Shown here: positions 10,472 to 19,500 of the stretch, piece after piece
How the letters are laid out: each line of letters starts with the position of its first letter
Position numbering within the stretch: the first letter of the stretch is position 1
From: Methanolobus vulcani
Lineage (GTDB): Archaea > Halobacteriota > Methanosarcinia > Methanosarcinales > Methanosarcinaceae
Length of the DNA stretch: 40,000 nt
NCBI RefSeq assembly: GCF_006546655.1
Contig: NZ_VIAQ01000007.1
Span: 4,465-44,464 of the forward strand
Direction of reading: 5' to 3'
Notes under the pieces: model-generated
Told to the model about the DNA's origin: nothing
Seen by the model: the letters and a program-made list of their open reading frames with translations, nothing else
Database searches by the model: none
Program-made: the position numbers and the translations under genes

Positions 10472-10644
10472 TCTCAAGAAGGGTTTTTCCTTCTTCACTC
10501 TTTTTTTAGTTAACCTATTTTCTTTTTAATATTATTTTCTTCTCTATTTTTTGTGTTTATTATATAAAAAGATATTAAGTTAGTACTAAATTTTTATTTG
10601 CATTGCGTTACAGCATAGCGAAAAACTGCAATTTCCCTCACTAG

Positions 10645-10656
10645 TTTTATATATTT
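10645..10656 (+). promoter_or_regulatory. TATA box candidate for chemoreceptor gene 2
   Basis: ttttatatattt followed by gagctgtagtatat. This is paralogous to the motif at 8288-8300. Confidence 0.4.
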
Positions 10657-10759
10657 GAGCTGTAGTATATATCACTGTTCAACTAATACACAAAAACGAA
10701 TTAAGGACATTTTACATCTGTTCATAATTCTTTTTAAAATTATAACATGGTGATTTAAA

Positions 10760-12823
10760 TTGAAAAAATCTTCCTTCAATCTGAAAAATATATCTATTAA
10801 CAAAAAGATCATTGCTCTTGCATTGATACTTAGTATTTTACCGGTAACTGCTCTTGGAATATTCGCTTATGAAAAGGCTTCAACTGCCATAGAAGAACAG
10901 TTATATGAAAGACTTGATGAACAAGTATGGATGGAAGAACAGTATATAGAAGCTGTTTTTTCAGTCGGCCAGGAAAGTCTGGATTCAAATTTGGGTGTGG
11001 CACGCAATAGTTTCTATTCATTAGGTAACCCTATGATATCAGATGGGAATCTATTATTTGGTGATTATGTTGTCAATAGTAACTATGATGTCATTGACGA
11101 AATAAAAACAGAGACTGGTGGAGATCTTACTATATTCCAGGTAAAGGATGGTTCAGCTGTTCGTGTCTCAACTACTATCAAGAGTAGTAGTGGAAATCGT
11201 GTAGTAGGTACCAGTGTATCCAATGCTGTCTATCAGACAGTTGTGCAGGGAAGCCAGACCTATTCAGGAAGAGCTGATGTGCTTGGTGAATGGTACATGG
11301 GTACCTATGAACCTATAAAGGACACCTCAGGAAAGATAATTGGTATTCTCTTTGTTGGTCTTCCTGAAGAGCATTATACACAGGAAATCAGAGAACAGAT
11401 GTTAGATATCACAGTTGGTGAAACTGGATATATGTATGCGATGGATTCCGAGGGTAACCTTTTGATTCACCCTACCGACGAAGGCGAGAATATGTATCAG
11501 GACGCTTTCATACAGGAAATGATTGCAAATAAAGAAGGTAGGATTAGTTATGTTCTGGATGGTCGCCAGAAAGTAATGAGTTATACCTACTATGATGATA
11601 AGGACTGGATTGTTGCAACCGGTACATATGTCGATGAGTTCGAAGCTCCTGTAAGAGCTATCAGGAACGGTATTATAGCAGCTGTACTTGTGTTTGCTAT
11701 TCTTGGCTCTGTAGCAGGTGTTCTTATCAGCCGATCAATATCCAAAGGTGTAGAGGGAATCGTCTCAGACTTCAAGAAAATCTCCGATGATGCAATAGAA
11801 GGTAAGATCAATTCCAGAGCAGAAACCGATGTAGATATTGACTTTGTAGATATACCACACGGTCTTAATGAGATTCTTGCTACACTGACAAATGTAATTG
11901 GTGTAGTTAGCAAGAGTGCAGAGGGTCTTGCTTCAACATCACAGGAAATGTCTGCAGCAATAGAGGAAACAACAGCTGCAACTACTCAGGTCGCTGACAC
12001 TGTAAATGAGATTGCAAGAGGTTCACAGGAGCAGTCTGCAAGATCAGAAGATGTTTCAAGAACAATGAATGACATGACTGTTGGTGTGCAGGACATTGCA
12101 AGCAATGCGCAACTGGCAGCAGAAGCAGCAAATGCTTCAAGAGACTTCATTACGGAAGTCGGCAATCAGTCAAGAGATATGCTTGTGCAGATGGATGCTA
12201 TACAACATGCTACCAACGATTCTGCAAATGTAATCAGAGAGCTTGAGGGTAAATCAAACCAGATCGGTGAGATCGTACAACTTATTACCAGTATTGCGGA
12301 CCAGACAAACCTGCTTGCTCTTAACGCTGCTATTGAAGCTGCAAGGGCAGGAGAGCATGGACGTGGTTTTGCTGTTGTAGCAGATGAGGTAAGAAAACTT
12401 GCTGAAGACTCTGGAACTGCAGCATCACAGATTTCCGGACTTATCGCAGAGATACAGGATGGAACTCATGCAGCTGTAGACTCAATGGAAGCTGGTACCA
12501 GAACAGTAACACAAGGTGTAAGTGAACTTACAGGTACTGTAGAAGCTGTCCAGAAAATCGTAGAGGAAAGTAACAGGGTTGCTCAGATGGCAGGTAATAT
12601 TGCTGCTGCTGCTGAAGAGCAATCTGCTTCCATCGAAGAAGTCACTGCAACTGTTGATGAAGTCGCTTCTATCTCACAGCAAGCAGCAGCTGGTACGGAG
12701 GAAACTTCCGCAGCAGTTGAGCAGCAGAATGCATCCATGCATGAGCTTGCAAAGAGTTCACAGGAACTTGCCCAGATGGCTGCTGAGATGCAGGAATTTG
12801 TTGCAAAATACCAAACAGAGTAA
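10760..12823 (+). CDS. Methyl-accepting chemotaxis protein, tandem paralogue of 8417-10471
   Basis: 687 aa with a TTG start and the same architecture. The C-terminal ~300 aa are almost identical to the upstream paralogue, while the sensor half is clearly diverged. Confidence 0.9.
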   Translation: MKKSSFNLKNISINKKIIALALILSILPVTALGIFAYEKASTAIEEQLYERLDEQVWMEEQYIEAVFSVGQESLDSNLGVARNSFYSLGNPMISDGNLLFGDYVVNSNYDVIDEIKTETGGDLTIFQVKDGSAVRVSTTIKSSSGNRVVGTSVSNAVYQTVVQGSQTYSGRADVLGEWYMGTYEPIKDTSGKIIGILFVGLPEEHYTQEIREQMLDITVGETGYMYAMDSEGNLLIHPTDEGENMYQDAFIQEMIANKEGRISYVLDGRQKVMSYTYYDDKDWIVATGTYVDEFEAPVRAIRNGIIAAVLVFAILGSVAGVLISRSISKGVEGIVSDFKKISDDAIEGKINSRAETDVDIDFVDIPHGLNEILATLTNVIGVVSKSAEGLASTSQEMSAAIEETTAATTQVADTVNEIARGSQEQSARSEDVSRTMNDMTVGVQDIASNAQLAAEAANASRDFITEVGNQSRDMLVQMDAIQHATNDSANVIRELEGKSNQIGEIVQLITSIADQTNLLALNAAIEAARAGEHGRGFAVVADEVRKLAEDSGTAASQISGLIAEIQDGTHAAVDSMEAGTRTVTQGVSELTGTVEAVQKIVEESNRVAQMAGNIAAAAEEQSASIEEVTATVDEVASISQQAAAGTEETSAAVEQQNASMHELAKSSQELAQMAAEMQEFVAKYQTE

Positions 12824-12836
12824 GCAAATAGAGTAA

Positions 12837-12880
12837 GGAGTGAGTTTTCACTCCTAACTTTTATTTTTTTATTCTTTTTG
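12837..12880 (+). terminator. Hairpin plus T-run terminator after chemoreceptor gene 2
   Basis: ggagtga (12837-12843) pairs with tcactcc (12848-12854), followed by taacttttatttttttattctttttg. Confidence 0.5.
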
Positions 12881-13132
12881 TTTCATCTTTAACTGATATT
12901 GACTATTGTTTGTCATATTTTCTAATTTAAAGCTTTGATTTTACGGGCAGTTGCCAATGTTTTTATATCATAGTTCTATTTCTTCGTAACTGCGTTTAAA
13001 ATGCGTCAGATATAAGTATTTGAAATGAAAAATATCTCATTATCTGTATAAAAAAGAAGGGTCCTGTGGGATCTGAATTATAAGCCCGAAAGTTGAAAAA
13101 AGATATGGGGAAGTTGATAATAAAGTGATAAT

Positions 13133-13675
13133 ATGCCAGGATCAGATCTAGATAGCAAAAAAGTTTTAATGGTTGTCGCACAGGAAGGTTTCAGGGATGA
13201 GGAGTTCTTTGAGCCAAGAGAAGTTTTTGAGGATGCAGGTGTAACTATTACCATTGCAAGTAAAACTACAAATGAGGCTTCCGGTGTTCTGGGAAGGTCT
13301 GTAAAACCTGATGTTGCAATTGCTAACGTAAACATTGCAGAGTACGATGCCATAGTCATATCCGGAGGTCCGGGTTCCAGGAAGTATCTGTGGCCAGATA
13401 AAGACCTCAGAGAACTGGTTGCAGATGCATTTGAGCAGGAGAAGATTGTTGCTGCTATTTGCATTTCTCCTGTGGTCCTTGCAAGGGCAGGTGTCCTTGA
13501 GGATAGAAAAGCTACTGTGTTTAAGGACCCTGAATCTATAAAGGAGCTTAAGAAGGGTGGTGCTATCTATGAAGACGAAGGCGTGATCATTACAGATAAT
13601 GTTGTCACCGGAAGAGACCCCGCCAGTGCAGAGGCTTTTGGTGAGGCTGTTCTTGAAGCTCTGGAGAATTTATAA
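13133..13675 (+). CDS. DJ-1/PfpI family protein
   Basis: 180 aa. KVLMVVAQEGFRDEEF, AIVISGGPG, and the nucleophile-elbow Cys in VAAICISPVVLARAG. Confidence 0.85.
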   Translation: MPGSDLDSKKVLMVVAQEGFRDEEFFEPREVFEDAGVTITIASKTTNEASGVLGRSVKPDVAIANVNIAEYDAIVISGGPGSRKYLWPDKDLRELVADAFEQEKIVAAICISPVVLARAGVLEDRKATVFKDPESIKELKKGGAIYEDEGVIITDNVVTGRDPASAEAFGEAVLEALENL

Positions 13676-13739
13676 ATGGGGCGTAAAACCCCCATGTCTT
13701 TAGCATAGGGAATGTAAGCGTCTAATACCCTTGATTCCG

Positions 13740-14114
13740 TATTATTCTATTACCGCTTCCTTGCAATGTTTGCAATGGTGCTACAAAAATACCCATCGTT
13801 CCATAAAGTGTGTTCTTCCCAATAATATTGTTTTAAATGTAACTCATTTTGTTCTCATAAACGATATGTCGATTCCTGTTTTAAACGCCTAATGATAGAA
13901 TCCTATATTTCGGCTCACTCTTGACGAGTAAATGAATATGGTCTTTGTCTGTCTTCATTTCCACAATTTCAAAATTAGATTTTGTAGCAATCTTTGACAA
14001 TGAATTTTTTAACTCATTTTCACTACCAATCGAAACATTCTGTCTATATTTACAGACAAAAATAACATGGTACAATAACAAAAACTTACTATGGTTTTTC
14101 CTTTTATACTCCAC
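13740..14114 (-). pseudogene. tnpA: IS200/IS605 Y1 (HUH) transposase TnpA, decayed
   Basis: ORF 13881-14114 gives ...LLLYHVIFVCKYRQ...DKDHIHLLVKSEPK, containing the HUH motif, then stops at 77 aa. The expected C-terminal piece (..HTLWNDGYFCSTIANIARKR) is readable further downstream in another frame, around 13740-13810. This means at least one frameshift or stop separates the HUH part from the Tyr-containing part. Confidence 0.65.
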
Positions 14115-14169
14115 AATATCATCTCATTAACATAAAGTATAAATAACGTTAACTCTAGTATATGTTTGT

Positions 14170-15291
14170 ATGTTAAGAGCTTACAAGTATAGGATGTATC
14201 CTACAAAAGAGCAAGAAGAGATGTTCTTTCAACATTTCGGAGCATGTAGATACATCTATAATTGGGCTTTAGAACAGAAAATTAAGACATACGAACAGAA
14301 CGGTAAATCAATATCAAGATTTGACCTGAATAAAGGAATATCAATGTTAAAAAGAGATGGAGAACACGAATGGCTCAAAGATGTTAATTCGCAGTCATTA
14401 CAGGGTGCTACTCTTAATCTCGATAATGCTTTTACAAGATTTTTCCGTGAAAAGAAGGGATTCCCGAAATTTAAATCTCGAAAAAATCCAGTACAGGCGT
14501 TCAATGTTCCTCAAAATTATAAGGCTGATATTGAAAATAACAGGATATATCTCCCGAAAATAGATTACATCAAAACTATTTTTCATCGACCTTTAGGAGA
14601 TGGAGACTTAAGAACCGCTACAGTAACACGTACACCCACTGGAAAATATTACATTAGTATTCTTGTAGATGATGGTGCGGAAATTCCGAAAAAACCGAAA
14701 TTTTCCGTAAACGATACTGTGGGAATAGATGTAGGTATCAAGGATTTCGCTATCACTTCAAATGCTGATAAAATCAACAATCCAAGACACCTTAAAAACT
14801 CCATGAAGAGACTTAAAGTTCTATCAAAACGCCTATCTAAAAAACAGAAATGCTCAAAGAACAGAAATAAAGCTCGTCAACAAGTAGCTAAGCTCCACGG
14901 AAAAATAAGCAATCAGAGACACGATTTCCAACATAAAGTTTCAACAAAGCTTGTTAGCGAGAACCAAGCAATAGCAGTAGAAACCCTTAATGTGTCTGGT
15001 ATGCTTAAAAATCACTGTCTAGCTCAACACATAGCTGACGCATCGTGGACTTCCTTCATAACAAAACTCGAATATAAAGCCGAATGGTACGGAAAGACAA
15101 TTCTCCGTATTGGAAGATTCGAGCCGAGTACAAAAATCTGTAATGTCTGTGGCTACTACAACAGTTCCATAACATTAGCAGATAGAGAATGGGAATGCCC
15201 GGATTGTAATACTCATCACGATAGAGACATAAATGCCGCTATCAACATTAAGAAATTTGCTCTCCAAGAGCAGAACTTGATAGGAATATAA
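14170..15291 (+). CDS. tnpB: TnpB (IS200/IS605 OrfB) RNA-guided RuvC-type nuclease
   Basis: 373 aa starting MLRAYKYRMYPTKEQ. The split RuvC has GIDVGIKDFA (D), AIAVETLNV (E) and HDRDINAAINI (D). A zinc ribbon is present: CNVCGYYN...WECPDCNTHH. Confidence 0.9.
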   Translation: MLRAYKYRMYPTKEQEEMFFQHFGACRYIYNWALEQKIKTYEQNGKSISRFDLNKGISMLKRDGEHEWLKDVNSQSLQGATLNLDNAFTRFFREKKGFPKFKSRKNPVQAFNVPQNYKADIENNRIYLPKIDYIKTIFHRPLGDGDLRTATVTRTPTGKYYISILVDDGAEIPKKPKFSVNDTVGIDVGIKDFAITSNADKINNPRHLKNSMKRLKVLSKRLSKKQKCSKNRNKARQQVAKLHGKISNQRHDFQHKVSTKLVSENQAIAVETLNVSGMLKNHCLAQHIADASWTSFITKLEYKAEWYGKTILRIGRFEPSTKICNVCGYYNSSITLADREWECPDCNTHHDRDINAAINIKKFALQEQNLIGI

Positions 15292-15400
15292 TTGTCACCG
15301 TAGGAACTACGGGAAGAGCCTGTGGACTTGCTTCCGTTGGGAAGGGGAATGAAGCAGGAAGCCACGAAGTCTTTAGCTTCGGGGTAGTTCACAAGCTATA
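15292..15400 (+). ncRNA. Probable omega RNA (reRNA) scaffold / right end of the IS
   Basis: A GC-enriched stretch immediately 3' of tnpB carries consecutive stems: ccgtag-gaa-ctacgg, cttcc-gttg-ggaag and cgaag-tctttag-cttcg. This position and character match what is known for TnpB guide RNAs. The 5' boundary probably lies inside the tnpB 3' end. Confidence 0.5.
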
Positions 15401-15462
15401 AGCCGGATTCCCAGCTTATTTCTCAAATCTGTTCTATCTAAAACTGATTTTACTTATTATAT

Positions 15463-16230
15463 TCAAACTTCAACTACCATGAGGTCTTTTGCGATTATGA
15501 CCTCGCCTTTGTAGTATTTTTTTATGTGGTCTGTTGCTTCGCCATAATGTCCCTGCATATGTGGATAAAGGTGTGTAAGATAGAGTTTTTTTGCGGTTAA
15601 AGGATATTTTTCCATCATGAGAGTAAGCATGTCAGGTGTGGTGTGGTTGGTCATGGGGAATTCCAGCGGGAAGGAGCATTCGTGTATGAGTACATCCACG
15701 TCCTCTGCCAGTTCCATGACATCGTTGCAGGGTTCAGTATCTCCAGTGTAGACCACAGTACTGCTGTTGCTCTTGATACGATAGGCAAGGGAATTGTCGG
15801 TGTGTACCGTCTTAGCACATCTGATGGTACAGTTGCAATCCCCGTTAGTGCTCTGTGGTGTGAATTCATCCCCTGGCGAGAGTTCTGTGATCTCTACTGT
15901 GAATTTGTCCTTGAGATAGTCATAGACGTTAAGGGTCTTCTCAAACCATTCACGTGTTCCCTTTGGCCCGTATAACCGCATGTCTGTCCTTCCTACAAGC
16001 CAGTTGGCCTTGATGAGTGCCAGTACATCTCCTACGTGGTCAAGGTGCAGATGTGTGAGTATTATGGCATCAATGTCTTTATGATCATGCCCGCTCTCGT
16101 AAATTCTTCCAAGAACACCGCAGCCGCAGTCAAAAAGCAGGAGATTCTTCTCTGTATCCAGCAGTATTCCGGATTGCACCCTTCCATCCTGTGGTATGCC
16201 AGTACCTGTGCCAAGAAACGTTATTTCCAT
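15463..16230 (-). CDS. MBL-fold metallo-hydrolase (RNase Z/ElaC-like size class)
   Basis: 255 aa. HLHLDHVGD (the HxHxDH motif), with later H/D ligands in VYTGDT and LIHECSF. Confidence 0.8.
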   Translation of the reverse strand: MEITFLGTGTGIPQDGRVQSGILLDTEKNLLLFDCGCGVLGRIYESGHDHKDIDAIILTHLHLDHVGDVLALIKANWLVGRTDMRLYGPKGTREWFEKTLNVYDYLKDKFTVEITELSPGDEFTPQSTNGDCNCTIRCAKTVHTDNSLAYRIKSNSSTVVYTGDTEPCNDVMELAEDVDVLIHECSFPLEFPMTNHTTPDMLTLMMEKYPLTAKKLYLTHLYPHMQGHYGEATDHIKKYYKGEVIIAKDLMVVEV

Positions 16231-16316
16231 ACCTGCTATAATAAGACTTAAGTAACTTAATTGTTATTATCTGGTGTTCAAAACCACATGACCGGCATTC
16301 CACTACTATTCTAACT

Positions 16317-16400
16317 GCGAGGGTTGCCCAGCTGGTCAAAGGCGCCGGACTTAAGATCCGGTATCGAAGGATTTCGAGGGTTCAAATCCCTCCCCTCGCA
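16317..16400 (+). tRNA. tRNA-Leu (anticodon UAA), class II with a long variable arm; no encoded CCA
   Basis: Folded by hand. The acceptor stem is GCGAGGG/CCCTCGC with discriminator A. The anticodon stem is CCGGA/TCCGG with loop CTTAAGA. The variable region is TATCGAAGGATTTC. The T arm is GAGGG-TTCAAAT-CCCTC. Confidence 0.9.
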
Positions 16401-16410
16401 TCGCTTCTAA
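16397..16410. repeat. Left copy of the casposon target-site duplication (cgcatcgcttctaa, 14 bp; 15 bp if the next g is counted)
   Basis: An identical string is found at 29023-29036. The first 4 nt are the last 4 nt of tRNA-Leu. Confidence 0.85.
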
Positions 16411-16440
16411 GGGATATAGGTAACTCAGAAAAATGCAACT
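16411..16440. repeat. Left terminal inverted repeat of the casposon
   Basis: gggatataggtaactcagaaaaatgcaact is the exact reverse complement of 28993-29022. Weaker similarity continues about 10 nt further inward. Confidence 0.9.
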
Positions 16441-16540
16441 TTTAAAAATAAATTGGTGCTAAGTGACTATCTGTGCGAAGTATAAGAATTCTTTAACAAA
16501 AGAAAAATTATATCAGCTTTGAAGAAAGTATAGCTGTTTG

Positions 16541-19500
16541 ATGGCAGATAACGATGAGTTTAATGTTTCTACCGATAACGAGGATAGAGCACAATTTGTA
16601 ACAACTGCATTAAGTTCAGTGCCTTTTGTTGGTGGATTGATATCTGCTTCTGCAAACTACGTAATAAAAAAAAGACAAGACAAAAGATTGTCTGAAGCTT
16701 TAAACAAATTTATTACCAATAACATAGAAAAAAAGGTTGAAGATTCAGATTCTAAATACTTATCTCTTCATAATGACTATTTATCTCTTCAGGATGATTT
16801 TAGATCCTTTGAGGATAATTTTGATGAACTCAAAGCTGGCATTAAATCGATTGAATCACAAAACTTCGAAAGTGAGTATCAATATCTATTGGAATCACTT
16901 CGAGAAAACGTTAAGGAAAATAATCCTACAGAAGCTTTGAAGCGCCTTGGAAATCTAAAAAGTAAAATTTGGGATAAATCACCATCTAACATAAGATATG
17001 CTTTGTTATCTATTGAAGCATCAGCAAACTTAAAGTTAAATAGATATCAAGATGCAGGGAAGCTTTTGATAGAAGCTTTTCAATATAGTAGTATTGAAAA
17101 GGCTATGGTCAATGCTGCATACGGATATTTTTTATTGAATGATTATTTAAATTCAAAAAAATTAGTTGAAGAAGTATTGGAAAATAATCCCACTAATGCT
17201 CGCGCATTCTCGATTCTGATACAAATGTTTACAACTGAAGAAGAATTAGATGCTATTCCCGACTACTTAAAAGAAACACAAGATGTAGCTTATGCTATTG
17301 GAAACTTTTTTTTGAAGATAAACAAATTTGAAGAAGCAATAAAGTGGTTAGAAATAGCTATCGTTAATGAAAAAGAAACTATTATAGAAATGCGGCCTCT
17401 CTTAGCAAGCATTTTACTTGATATGATTTTGTCCGATTCAGAAAAAATTCAAGAATTTCAATTAAATGAAAAAGATAAGAATACACTTAAAAAAGTGATC
17501 GATCTGATTACAACCTCATGGAATTCCATTTCAGATCCAAATCTTCAGAAAATACATGTTGATTGGATAGTTAACAGATGTATTGCCAAACACCTTTTAG
17601 GTAATCAGGACGGTTTTAAAGATGATATAAATGATGCTTTTAAGTTCGATCCATCTGATTCAAGGATTATTTATTTTAAAGCTTTAATGGTACTAGAGCA
17701 CAATGAAATCGAAAAAGCTATTTCTTTACTAAAAGATATTGATTTTGACAAAACCATACCTGAAGTACCATTATTATATTTTGACCTATTAAGAAAACAA
17801 GGCAAATTTGCTGACGCAATTACTGAAATTAATGATTTTTTGGAACAAAATGAAGATTTCCAAAAAATAGATTTCCTCTATAGAATTCTTATTTATACAT
17901 ACCTCGACTCTGATGTTGAATCTGAAAATTGTGTTGAAAAAGCAATAGATCTAGCTGATAGTAGAGTAAAAGCCGATCCAACAAACATTGAAAACATAAT
18001 AGATTTGTCACAATGTCTGGCTAAATCCGGACAGATTGATTCGTCAAAGTCCCATCTAATCAATGCTAAAAATATTATTTCTGATTTTACCCCAACTATT
18101 CATTTAATGGAATTAGCAGATGTTTTTTTCAGATTAAATTTATTTGATGATGCATCTGAAATTTATCAAAAATTTGTTGACTCAACTCAAGTTACAGATT
18201 TAACTCACAAACTTGTAGAATCATATTACCGATGTGGGGATATTGGAAAAGCCCTTGAAATATCTAAATCATTAAGGGAAGAGTTCGGTATTATTGATCA
18301 TATTACAAATATTGAAATTGCAATATATCATGATATAGATGATCTTTCTGAGGCTAAAAAAGTTCTAACTGAATATATTTCCAAATATCCAGATGATATG
18401 GATATGAAATTGAATCTAGCTTATTTAAATCTTAGATGTAATAACTTAGGTGATGTCGAGAACTTTTTAAATACATCATTTGATATTAAGTCGTTATCTA
18501 TCGAAAATGGCATACGTTTAGCTCTTTTATTCAATGAAAGAGGATATTTCAAAGAAGCAATTGATATCCTATATGAAATACGGAGATACAATTTTGAGAA
18601 TGAGAATGTTCATGTCGCTTACATTAAATTAATTCTTTTTAATGAAAAAGAAGAGCGTGAAAATTGGTTATCCCCAGAAAAAGTAGATGCAAATACTGTT
18701 GTAATACTTGAAGAAGATGCAGGAAAACAAGTAACCTACATCTTAGATGATCGAAGTGATGTAGATTTCCAAAAAGGAGAGATTGGACTAGAATCCCCCT
18801 TAGCTAAACTTATTTTCGGAAAAACAAAAGGTGACAAGATTACGCATAAAACTTCTTTATCTCAAGAAATACTTGAAGTAAAGGATATTAAAAGCAAATA
18901 TATCCATGCATTCCAAGAGAGTTTAGATAAATTTAATTACCTATTTCCTGACACACAAGCGTTAACAAAAATCTCCTTCCCAAAAATTGAGGAGGAGGGA
19001 ATCCCTCAAGACTTCCTAAAAACTATTACTGATGTTGTAGTCTTAAGAACGGAAAATAATTCAAAAGCTATAGAATTATATCTTGATAAAAAACTGCCTA
19101 TTGGAACTCTTGCAACCATAATCGGCCAAACAATTTTTGATGTCTGGTTTGAATTTACAAAAAATGAAGATTTAGGAATTTATTGCTCAATTGGAAACAG
19201 TCAAGAAATCAATGAAGCTTTAAACAATCTTGAAAATAGTTCTAAAATTGTAGTCGATCCACTTTCTCTCATCACTGTTTTTACATTAAATATTGGAGAT
19301 TTAATTGTAGATAGTTTCGGCAAGTTAGGTATTGCCCAATCAACAATTGACTTACTTCATGAAACACTTATAGAACAAAAAAAGATTTATTCAAGAGTAC
19401 ATGGTTTTTTAGTAAATGATGATAAGAACCTCATTTTCAAAGAGACTGATTCAAAAGATGTTGAAGAAAAAATAAATGTATATGAACAAATGTTAAATTG

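Larger units (their letters stand above)
13676..15400 (+). mobile_element. IS200/IS605-family insertion sequence (divergent tnpA remnant plus tnpB); the ends are approximate
   Basis: A tnpA remnant and tnpB are flanked by subterminal hairpins on the same strand. Both hairpins have the identical loop TCTTTAG. One is cccatg-tctttag-cataggg (13691-13710) and the other is cgaag-tctttag-cttcg (15365-15381). Confidence 0.65.

Noticed and set aside
9099-12851. Internal and antisense ORFs in the chemoreceptor genes (for example 9729-9914, 10227-10529, 11590-11913, 12579-12836 and 12669-12851)
   Set aside because: They are products of the Ala/Glu/Gln-rich, GC-skewed MCP coding sequence read out of frame. 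They are duplicated only because the host genes are duplicated.
13881-14114. Calling ORF 13881-14114 an intact IS200-type transposase
   Set aside because: It has only 77 aa. It stops right after the HUH motif, and the Tyr-bearing C-terminal region is out of frame, so it is annotated as a pseudogene.
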